DNA of 57,946 nt. It comes from Sphingomonadales bacterium. Its GTDB lineage: Bacteria; Pseudomonadota; Alphaproteobacteria; Sphingomonadales; Sphingomonadaceae. The position numbers and the translations under genes were made by a program. Position 1 is the first letter of the stretch. Every line of letters begins with the position of its first letter. The stretch is from the NCBI GenBank assembly GCA_043778865.1, contig JAYWFI010000146.1, forward strand, positions 1 through 57,946. Reading direction: 5' to 3'. Below are positions 39,157-46,867 of the stretch, one piece after another. The notes beneath the pieces are model-generated. The model had not been told where the DNA came from and made no database searches. It saw only the letters and a list, made by a program, of their open reading frames with translations.

Positions 39157-39710
39157 TATGCAAGCCCTGCCGCAAACACAGCTGCAAAATCAGTGTCCGT
39201 GTTGCCAAGTGAAGGAGCCAGCGCCGCGACTGCACGAGTATCGGTGAAATACTTGTTCACGCCTTCGGGCACCGCGTCTGTAGAACCTGGCGATCCGTCA
39301 ATGTGGATGTACCCAGTGCCGGACCAACGATGTATCCAGCCTGTATCCATCGCCACATAAAGCTTTCCAGTTTCACCGGATGCCGGAAAGGCCAGTGCAT
39401 TGGCGTATTCAAGCACGTCGTCGACATATGCGGGCAGCTGCGCTGCAGGAACCTTTCCGGTGTTATCAAGCGAAGCAACCCCGTTTGCCGCGCCTTTTGT
39501 TGTTGCATCAATTGGTACAAAACCTAACGCGTCTTGTTTGCTAATCGCAACCGCACGTACTTCGTTAATGGCAGCCACCAAATGCGCTTTTGTCGTCGTT
39601 AAAAGTCCTGACAGATCGGCTACATTGCCGTTGATAAATGTCTTGTTTGCCTTAACCTTGGTGGCAATCGCAGTTGCCAAATTCTCGACGCGTGTTTTTA
39701 AGTCTGCCAT
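39156..39710 (-). CDS. Putative fibre component
   Basis: LVAAINEV, GAANGVASLD..GKVPAAQLP, FPASGETGKLY. Confidence 0.65.
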   Translation of the reverse strand: MADLKTRVENLATAIATKVKANKTFINGNVADLSGLLTTTKAHLVAAINEVRAVAISKQDALGFVPIDATTKGAANGVASLDNTGKVPAAQLPAYVDDVLEYANALAFPASGETGKLYVAMDTGWIHRWSGTGYIHIDGSPGSTDAVPEGVNKYFTDTRAVAALAPSLGNTDTDFAAVFAAGLA

Positions 39711-39725
39711 GCCACGTTCCTTTTT

Positions 39726-39989
39726 TTATATAAGTTGGTTTTCAAAAATTATGGTAAAATCACCGGGGTCGAAGTTTACGGAATCTTCACCTTTTTGACC
39801 TTGTAAGCCTTGAATGCCCGGTGCTCCGGCTTGACCGGTAATACCAGGAAGGCCCGGCAATCCGTTTCGTTCAATGACAATTTGCTGGGCACTGCCGCGA
39901 TCGATCGTGACGCGGCTTGAAGGTTCCGCCGTGCGATCGATGCTGAGCGTGCGATGCGGCCGTTCGATAATTAAAGCGCGGGCCTTCAT
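39726..39989 (-). CDS. Short collagen-like protein
   Basis: GLPGLPGITGQAGAPGIQGLQGQKGE (G-X-Y repeats). Confidence 0.7.
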   Translation of the reverse strand: MKARALIIERPHRTLSIDRTAEPSSRVTIDRGSAQQIVIERNGLPGLPGITGQAGAPGIQGLQGQKGEDSVNFDPGDFTIIFENQLI

Positions 39990-40315
39990 TGGTACCTCTG
40001 GAAGCGGCCGCCCCACAAATCAAGCCGTTCGCCGCCGGTTTCGTCCCAGATAATGTAATTTGCGCCGCTTTCAGGAATGGCAGCGCATTCGGCTGCTGTC
40101 ATTTTTGGCAGCATGCGCGCCATGCTATCGGTAGGATGCGATCCCAAAGCCCGGCGGAACCCGATTTGGGGTATCTCAAAAAATAAAAGCAATGCCGATA
40201 TATTGATGACACGGCCGCCCTCCCGAATTTGCACGGGAGCTCCTCCAAACCCGCCCAGCATGTGGACATTGATGTTGCCGTCCAAATCAATTGGATCGGG
40301 ATAGGGTTTTGCCAT
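39986..40315 (-). CDS. Hypothetical protein, first gene of the fibre module
   Basis: Start re-set to MAKPY at 40315; ATGA coupling downstream. Confidence 0.6.
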   Translation of the reverse strand: MAKPYPDPIDLDGNINVHMLGGFGGAPVQIREGGRVINISALLLFFEIPQIGFRRALGSHPTDSMARMLPKMTAAECAAIPESGANYIIWDETGGERLDLWGGRFQRYQ

Positions 40316-40447
40316 TTTGCAGCGCGCCTTACTCTTGTACTTGCGTTTCAGTTCAGGATGCGCCACCTCTGTCGCAACGCAGGCATTCTTGTTAGGGTCT
40401 GCCAGCGCAACGGCGGCGTGTATTGAGCGACGGCCTAAGCCACCGTT

Positions 40448-41479
40448 ATGAAATCAAGCATCTATCCCGATCCGCTTCCTGAAATTGAAGTTATGCGACC
40501 TGGCACGTTTACCGACATGTCTGGCCGCTCCGTGGTTATCACGCTTGCCGACATGCAAGCTATGGCCAGTAGATATGATGCCGCACACAATCCAGCGCCC
40601 GTGGTGCTTGGCCATCCAGAGATTGACGAGCCTGCATACGCATGGGCCGATTATTTTAGAGTGGAAGGTGACCGCCTTGTTGCATCGGTTTCGCAAGCAA
40701 ATGTAGGCTTTGTACAGTCTGTACGCGACGGCGCTTACAAGCGCATTTCGTTGTCACTCTATGAAAAAGACAGTCCCAGCAACCCAAAGCCTGGCCAGTT
40801 TTATCCCAAGCATATTGGATTTTTGGGCGCGAAAGCTCCTGCGATCAAGGGCCTGCGGTCTGTCGCTTTTGGTGAGCAAATCACCACGGTGGCCCAAACT
40901 TTTACACAACCAGAGGAGCATATTGTGTCCGATACCAAGAATAAAATACCCGAAAATCTCGAAGATAAACAGCCGGATGCAGTTTTGCTTGCAGAGCAAG
41001 CCATTAGTTTGGCGCAAGCATTATCTGCGCTGGATGAGCGGGAAGCAGCCATTAAAGCGCGCGAAGAAAGCGCAACGAAGGCCGACAAGGCAGTGCGTCA
41101 TGCCTCTGCGGTTAGCTTTGCCGAAGCGCTGGTTGGTGCCGGAAAGTTGCCGCCCGCACAAAAAGATAAGATCATCTATTTGGCAAAGGCGCTTGGCGAT
41201 ATTCCAGAAAGCGCCATTGCGTTTGGGGAGGGCGATGCAGTCGAACGCCCCGATATGGTGTTCAAAGGGCTGTTTGCAGGCGCGGTTCCGGCAATTCAGT
41301 TTTCGGAACTTGCGGCAGGGGGCGGGTATAAAGCAGATGCGGCGGTAAGTTTTGCTTCGCCGAGCGGGCATACTATGGATCCCGCCGCGCTGGCTTTGCA
41401 TAACAAGGCGCTGGCGCTGCAAGATGAGAACAAGGACCTGTCTTATATTGACGCGGTTAAGCGCGCGTCTGCGGTGTAA
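40448..41479 (+). CDS. Mu gpI-like prohead protease/scaffold
   Basis: PVVLGHP, YKRISLS, HIGFLGAKAPAIKGL; in-frame GTG at 40925 with GAGGAG RBS suggests a nested scaffold (Mu Z). Confidence 0.88.
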   Translation: MKSSIYPDPLPEIEVMRPGTFTDMSGRSVVITLADMQAMASRYDAAHNPAPVVLGHPEIDEPAYAWADYFRVEGDRLVASVSQANVGFVQSVRDGAYKRISLSLYEKDSPSNPKPGQFYPKHIGFLGAKAPAIKGLRSVAFGEQITTVAQTFTQPEEHIVSDTKNKIPENLEDKQPDAVLLAEQAISLAQALSALDEREAAIKAREESATKADKAVRHASAVSFAEALVGAGKLPPAQKDKIIYLAKALGDIPESAIAFGEGDAVERPDMVFKGLFAGAVPAIQFSELAAGGGYKADAAVSFASPSGHTMDPAALALHNKALALQDENKDLSYIDAVKRASAV

Positions 41480-41526
41480 GCAGCCCATACATTCCAATCA
41501 TTCATACATATTTATAAGGACAGATT

Positions 41527-41874
41527 ATGCAAAAAATCCCTATTTTAACACTCACGTGCACAGCAATGGCGGCTGTTGCAACAGCGCGGTTCTGTGATTT
41601 TGACGGCACACAGTGCGATGTGGCAGGCTCAAAAGCCAAAGGTGTTTCGGTGCATGCCGCCTTGATTGGTGAAGAGTACGCACTCGACGTGATCGGCACT
41701 ACAAAAGTGGAGACAGGCGCTGCCATACCGCTTGGTTCCAAAGGCTTAACGCCTGTAAAAACTGATGCGGACGGAAAGGCCATTGCGCATGGCGGCGTTG
41801 GTGAAATTGCAGGTTATGCAATGCAACCCGCGGCGGCGAGCGGCGCGATTATCGAAGTTCTGCTGGCGATTTAA
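41527..41874 (+). CDS. Capsid cement/decoration protein (DUF2190-like)
   Basis: Small Ala/Gly-rich protein between protease and capsid. Confidence 0.75.
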   Translation: MQKIPILTLTCTAMAAVATARFCDFDGTQCDVAGSKAKGVSVHAALIGEEYALDVIGTTKVETGAAIPLGSKGLTPVKTDADGKAIAHGGVGEIAGYAMQPAAASGAIIEVLLAI

Positions 41875-41929
41875 GGCAGTTTTCAAGCCTGATTAAGGCC
41901 CGATTTAATTACGATTTAAGGAGAATATT

Positions 41930-42859
41930 ATGAATATGTCCACCGCTCAAGCTCGGGTGATTGACCCCATCCTGACCAATCATTCGCGCGGTTACACGCA
42001 AACTGGTTTTATCGGTGATCGCCTGTTACCAAAGGCATTAATGGCGACGCGCGCCGCCAAGCGGATTGAATTCGGGCGGGAGAGTTTTAAGCGCTATAAA
42101 ATACGCCGTGCGCCTGGCACACAAATTGCCCAAGTTAGCTTTGGCTATGAAGGCAAGCCGGTCAGTCTGCACCAACATGCAATTGCAGCGGTTACGCCTG
42201 TGGAACATCAAGAAGAAGCGCAAGCCGTTCCTGGCTTTGACCTGCTATCTATGAATGTTGATACCGTGTTGGCCGTAGTAGCACTGGAAAAAGAAATACA
42301 ACAGGCAGCTGCAACGCGCAACGCCAGTATTTACGCGACGTCCAATAAGACCGCTTTGACGGGTACCTCAAAATGGTCCGATCCGTCGTCAAAACCAGCG
42401 TCGATGGTAAGCGATGCCAAGGAAGTTATTCGCAAACGCACAGGCCGCCGCCCAAATACGCTTGCTGTGGGCGCATCGGTAGCCGCTGCGTTAAAGCAGC
42501 TTCCACAGGTGATCGATAAGTTCAAATATACCAATGCAGATACGATCAGCGACGCTATGTTGGCGCAGTATTTTGATGTCAAAACGTTTCTGGTTGGTGA
42601 TGCCATTATCGATGACGAAGCGGGTAATACACTGGATGTTTGGGGTAATGACGCAATTCTGGCATATGTGCCGGATGTTGGTACGGCAAACGTAAATATC
42701 CCCGCATATGGATACACTTATCAATTGAATGGTTATCCTTTTGTGAAACCTGCCTATTTTGAGCGCGGCGTTAACAGCTATTTGAATGACGTTTTTGACG
42801 AGTGGTCGCCGGAAGTGGTCGGCCCGGATGCAGGGTTCCTGTTCCAAGCCGCCGTCTAG
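41930..42859 (+). CDS. Major capsid protein
   Basis: RVIDPILT, IRKRTGRRPNTL, PAYGYTYQL; size and position. Confidence 0.88.
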   Translation: MNMSTAQARVIDPILTNHSRGYTQTGFIGDRLLPKALMATRAAKRIEFGRESFKRYKIRRAPGTQIAQVSFGYEGKPVSLHQHAIAAVTPVEHQEEAQAVPGFDLLSMNVDTVLAVVALEKEIQQAAATRNASIYATSNKTALTGTSKWSDPSSKPASMVSDAKEVIRKRTGRRPNTLAVGASVAAALKQLPQVIDKFKYTNADTISDAMLAQYFDVKTFLVGDAIIDDEAGNTLDVWGNDAILAYVPDVGTANVNIPAYGYTYQLNGYPFVKPAYFERGVNSYLNDVFDEWSPEVVGPDAGFLFQAAV

Positions 42860-42870
42860 CACAGGGGCGG

Positions 42871-42900
42871 ATGGCGCGGCCCACCAAAACGCCGCGCCAT
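42871..42900 (+). terminator. Hairpin after the capsid gene
   Basis: ATGGCGCGGC...GCCGCGCCAT followed by TTG. Confidence 0.55.
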
Positions 42901-42933
42901 TTGCATTATAGATATCAACCATTGGAATTATTT

Positions 42934-43119
42934 ATGAAAACATACGAAATCATCACGCCGATTAGCACCAAGCCTGGCAAGCCTGTGAAAATGGACGGCA
43001 CAATCGAACTCGACGCCGCCGAAGGCGACGCGCTGGTTGCGCTTGGCGCATTACGTGATTTGCCGCAAGAAAAGCCTGCCAAGCCACAAGAGCCTGCTGT
43101 TGTAGGCAAAGCCGCCTAA
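42934..43119 (+). CDS. Small head-associated protein
   Basis: GTIELDAAEGDALVALGA, typical post-capsid gene. Confidence 0.65.
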   Translation: MKTYEIITPISTKPGKPVKMDGTIELDAAEGDALVALGALRDLPQEKPAKPQEPAVVGKAA

Positions 43120-43337
43120 TGTTCTTTAATGTCACCTTTACCGTAGTTGCGCTTATTTGGCTTTGGGGCATGCTCAAGGCGTGGCAGCATTTCGCCGCCG
43201 GCCCGATTGCAGAGGATAATGACAGCGTTACTTTTGCCTTTGGACTGATGTGGCCGTTTATATTCGGCATTGCGATGCTCTGGGCTTTAGCAGCGCTAGC
43301 ATGGCATAAAGGGCGCTGCGTCGTGGGGCGTTGGTGA
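43119..43337 (+). CDS. Two-TM small membrane protein
   Basis: 72 aa with two hydrophobic segments, coupled on both sides. Confidence 0.55.
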   Translation: MFFNVTFTVVALIWLWGMLKAWQHFAAGPIAEDNDSVTFAFGLMWPFIFGIAMLWALAALAWHKGRCVVGRW

Positions 43338-44041
43338 TGCATCTTATTGATGGGATCGCACCTACCGCGCTCGCTTTTAGCTTTGATGGCGCGGTAAGCC
43401 GCGCCGATATTGCCATTGTGCAAGATGGCGGGCCGTCAGGCGCGCCGTTGCAGGTTGTGCAGGCTATCTCTGGTACCGTTGTAAGCATTGCATTGACGGG
43501 CGGAACCGAGGGTGGGCGGTACAATATCACCATACGCGGCGCGGCGGCGTCTGGCGAAAGCGAACAGGATTTTGACGTTACGGTATTGCCTAAAAGCTGG
43601 GCAATGCCAGACGGCAGTGCGGGCTGGATTGACTTGATTGCCTTTGTAGCGCGGATGGGTTTTGATGAAGCGGTTGCCGCAAGCGATGCCGACGGTTCAG
43701 GACAGATTGATCGTAAATGGCTGATCGCGAAACTCATCGATGCGCAGGCTGAAGTTGAAGCCAATATTGCGGGCCGTTACATGCTGCCTCTATCTGAAAT
43801 CCCAGCTATCCTGCAATCTGCGGTGGCCGACCTTGCACGCGCGCGGCTGTACCGCCGCGAAGTGCCAGAGGCAGTAGCCGAGGCCGTAAAAAGCCAGCGA
43901 AGGTTGCTTGAACGCATCGCCAAAGGCGATTTGCGTTTGGCGTTGCCATCAGGCGCAAGTGCAGGCCCAGCGCCAACCGATGCGCCTGTTATGGGATGGT
44001 CAAATGGCCGCGCGTATCCCGATAATTTGACGGGCTATTGA
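43337..44041 (+). CDS. Head-tail adaptor (Mu gp36/DUF1320) with extra N-terminal beta domain
   Basis: C-half DAQAEVEANIAGRYMLPL...DLARARLY...LERIAKG; N-half LTGGTEGGRYNITI. Confidence 0.8.
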   Translation: MHLIDGIAPTALAFSFDGAVSRADIAIVQDGGPSGAPLQVVQAISGTVVSIALTGGTEGGRYNITIRGAAASGESEQDFDVTVLPKSWAMPDGSAGWIDLIAFVARMGFDEAVAASDADGSGQIDRKWLIAKLIDAQAEVEANIAGRYMLPLSEIPAILQSAVADLARARLYRREVPEAVAEAVKSQRRLLERIAKGDLRLALPSGASAGPAPTDAPVMGWSNGRAYPDNLTGY

Positions 44042-44042
44042 T

Positions 44043-44540
44043 ATGGCAGCGGGCCTGACGGTTGATGAGGAACTATCGGCGGCATTGAAGCGTTTGCTTG
44101 CGCTTGGCCGTGATCAATCGGCGGCGATGGACAGTGTGGCCACTATGCTAGCGGGCCGAAGCCGCGAGAATTTTACCAAACAAGCCAGTCCATTGGGCGT
44201 ACCGTGGAAGCAATCGGAACGTGCGCTTAAAGAAGGCGGGCAGACATTGCGCGATAAGGGCAGTCTGTTTGCGGCGATTAAGCAAGATCATGGAAAAGAT
44301 TTTGCCAGAGCAGGCCCCGCATCAGGCGCGGCAGCGCATTATTATGCCGCCATTCACCAATTTGGCGGACGGATTACGGCAAAATCCGGAAAGGCGCTGA
44401 AAACACCGTTTGGCGTATTTGCGGCGGTAAACATGCCCGCACGGCCTTATTTGGGATGGAACCCCGAGATGAAAAAAGAAGCCATACATATACTGGCGGA
44501 ATTTTACCGCAATGCGATTGCCGCCAAAGGAAAAACCTAA
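44043..44540 (+). CDS. Mu gpG-like virion morphogenesis protein
   Basis: YAAIHQFGG, MPARPYLG. Confidence 0.88.
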   Translation: MAAGLTVDEELSAALKRLLALGRDQSAAMDSVATMLAGRSRENFTKQASPLGVPWKQSERALKEGGQTLRDKGSLFAAIKQDHGKDFARAGPASGAAAHYYAAIHQFGGRITAKSGKALKTPFGVFAAVNMPARPYLGWNPEMKKEAIHILAEFYRNAIAAKGKT

Positions 44541-44962
44541 TGCGCGCGCAGCCAATTCTTGACCAGTTAAAGCCGCTCGGCTTTAAAACGATAGGCAATG
44601 AGCTCGATTTTCCGGCGCTCAAACAGTTGCCCGGACGGCTTCCGGCTTGTTATGTTTTGCCCGGTGATGAAAATGCCGAACCGAATAGATTTGGCACACA
44701 GATCACCGACCAGAAAATCAATGCGACGTTTATCGTGGTGATTATTTTGCCCGCTGTTGTGCGTAGCGGCGCGATGGCCAAACTGTCCGATGATTTTGAA
44801 ATCTTTAAGAACGGGGTGATTGATGCGTTTGCTGGATGGTCGCATCCGGACGCTGCGCGTCCTAGTGAATATGTGAGCGGCAGTATCTGGTCTGTTGACG
44901 GAACAGCATTGACCTATGCGCTCACGTTTAGAACGTGTTATCACATACGAAAGGCCGCGTAA
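44540..44962 (+). CDS. Tail terminator (Mu gp37-like)
   Basis: PACYVLP, AFAGWSHP; position. Confidence 0.7.
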   Translation: MRAQPILDQLKPLGFKTIGNELDFPALKQLPGRLPACYVLPGDENAEPNRFGTQITDQKINATFIVVIILPAVVRSGAMAKLSDDFEIFKNGVIDAFAGWSHPDAARPSEYVSGSIWSVDGTALTYALTFRTCYHIRKAA

Positions 44963-45204
44963 TGGCAACCGCAAAATCAAAGCAAGATACCGTTCAAGAT
45001 ACCGTTCAAGATACGCCGACGTTGCCGCGCAAGCGCGATGCAAATGGATTTGAGCTGGACGAGCATAATTTACCGTTATCCGGCCCCGCGCGCGCCGCGA
45101 GGCTTGCAAAGTTAGGAATTTCGGATCCGGCTTTGCCGCAAAGCGAAACCGATTTGAACGCGCCGAATTTGGATAAAATTATAGGAGATCAGGACAATGG
45201 CTGA
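44962..45204 (+). CDS. Hypothetical protein with 12-bp tandem repeat
   Basis: CAAGATACCGTT x2.7 at 44983-45014 (QDTV). Confidence 0.6.
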   Translation: MATAKSKQDTVQDTVQDTPTLPRKRDANGFELDEHNLPLSGPARAARLAKLGISDPALPQSETDLNAPNLDKIIGDQDNG

Positions 45205-46138
45205 TGGATATAACAGCATGCTGCTTAAAAAAGAGGCAGTTTACGCCACCGACAGCGCGCCAACGGCGGCGCTGAATGCGTGCTTAACTCGTAATCTGAA
45301 ATCTACACCGCTCGCCAGTGACCGATTGAAGCGTGATTTGGATCTGCCTGCACGCGGTGCCCGCCCTGAGGGTATTACAAACAAGCGTATGGAAGTGCAA
45401 TTTGAAGTTGAATTGGCGGGATCGGGCGCGCCAGGCACAGCGCCCGCATGGATGGAGATGCTTGAAATCTGCGGTATGGAGCCTGCAATTCTGGCTGCTG
45501 GCGTTGATGCCAAGCAAAAGATGGCGGCCCTAGGCGCAAATATCGGATCTGCGACAATCCATAGTTATCGCGGTGCAAATCAGCGGAGGCGGGGTACCGG
45601 ATTTCGAGGCGATATTACCGCGATCAACTTTACCGCAGGCGCGTATCCTTTTATTGGTATTTCAACGACGGGATTGTTAGGTACTGTCCCTTTTGACCAG
45701 TCCTCACTGATTGGGTTCGATCCGGCGCGTTGGAAAAAGCCGCTTGAGGTCAACAGTGATAATACGTCTTTTGTGCTCGACGGTTATGCCGCGATTATGC
45801 GTTCCTTTGTTTTGCAGGCAAACGCAGAGGTTGCGCTGCGCAATCTTGTCGGTTCCCGCTATGTACGGCGCGGAAATCACGAGCTATCCGGTAAAATTAT
45901 GATTGAGGCGCCAGATTTTAACAGCAAGAATTACTTTGCCACGCTTCAAAACGAAACGCTGATTGCCACACAAATTATTCACGGCGTAGGCGCAGGTAAG
46001 GTTGTGCAGATTGATGCGCCCAATTTGCAAATCGTTAATATTAGTGACAGCGAAGAGGGCGATGTGGCGATGTTTGAAATCGAAGTCATCCTAACTATTT
46101 CCCAGGGTCAAGACGACATCTTGATCACTGCTAAGTAA
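45197..46138 (+). CDS. Tail tube protein
   Basis: FEVELAGSGAPGTAPAW; precedes chaperones and tape measure; no sheath gene. Confidence 0.82.
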   Translation: MADGYNSMLLKKEAVYATDSAPTAALNACLTRNLKSTPLASDRLKRDLDLPARGARPEGITNKRMEVQFEVELAGSGAPGTAPAWMEMLEICGMEPAILAAGVDAKQKMAALGANIGSATIHSYRGANQRRRGTGFRGDITAINFTAGAYPFIGISTTGLLGTVPFDQSSLIGFDPARWKKPLEVNSDNTSFVLDGYAAIMRSFVLQANAEVALRNLVGSRYVRRGNHELSGKIMIEAPDFNSKNYFATLQNETLIATQIIHGVGAGKVVQIDAPNLQIVNISDSEEGDVAMFEIEVILTISQGQDDILITAK

Positions 46139-46148
46139 GGATTTACCT

Positions 46149-46526
46149 ATGTTTAAGATTGTAGAAGAGCGCAAGGTGTGGTGGCCCGTTGAGTGGCTTG
46201 CACCTGTAGATGGCGGCAAAGTTGCGTCTGTTAAAATAGAAATGCAGTTCGTTTTGGTGAGCACGGATGATTATCAGCGCATCGCACAAGATGCGGGTAC
46301 TCTCGAAGAAACGGACAGCAGCCTGTCTTTGTCGCAGCGCAAGGCAGACATATTGATGCATCTGATAGCGGATTGGAAGAGCGTCGGGGATGAGGACGGC
46401 AAAGCGATTGAATTTTCAAACGCTTCATTGTCCCGGTTTTTCGGAATGCCAGGAACATTTTTGGCGGTGCTTGAGGCTTATGGCCGGTGTATTAATGGCA
46501 TAGCGGAACACCGCCGAAAAAACTAA
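46149..46526 (+). CDS. Tail assembly chaperone (gpG analogue)
   Basis: IADWKSVGDEDGKAIEFS; ends in slippery A AAA AAC TAA. Confidence 0.8.
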   Translation: MFKIVEERKVWWPVEWLAPVDGGKVASVKIEMQFVLVSTDDYQRIAQDAGTLEETDSSLSLSQRKADILMHLIADWKSVGDEDGKAIEFSNASLSRFFGMPGTFLAVLEAYGRCINGIAEHRRKN

Positions 46527-46867
46527 GAGCCGCCGCCGCCTTTTGGATGCGCGGCGGTAGCAATTCCGAGGCCGATCCCGAGGATGAAAACGCCGACATC
46601 ATAACGGCTTGGATTGCAGGCGGCGAGCCGGAAAAGCGAACAGAATGCCCCGAAATCGTAGCCGATGAAATGGACGCGTTGGCGTTATTCCTAGCGCTTG
46701 ATACGCAGTGGAATTGGCACCCGATGGCGGGCGTGCGCACAGGATTTAATTACGCAGTGATCCCGGCAACAGCGGCGGGGTGCGGCATAGAATTAACGCC
46801 GTCGCTGTTTGCCGATATCCGGCAAATGGAAGCAGCAGCGCTAAATGAACTGGGACGAAAGGCATGA
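46517..46867 (+). CDS. -1 frameshift extension of the tail chaperone (gpGT analogue, DUF1799-like)
   Basis: -1 frame reads KKLRAAAAFWMRGG...TQWNW..GFNYA..IRQMEAAAL. Confidence 0.78.
   Translation, partial: KKLRAAAAFWMRGGSNSEADPEDENADIITAWIAGGEPEKRTECPEIVADEMDALALFLALDTQWNWHPMAGVRTGFNYAVIPATAAGCGIELTPSLFADIRQMEAAALNELGRKA

Noticed and set aside
36832-40315. Gin-type invertible segment
   Set aside because: No invertase gene and no flanking inverted repeats seen; the module has its own candidate late promoter
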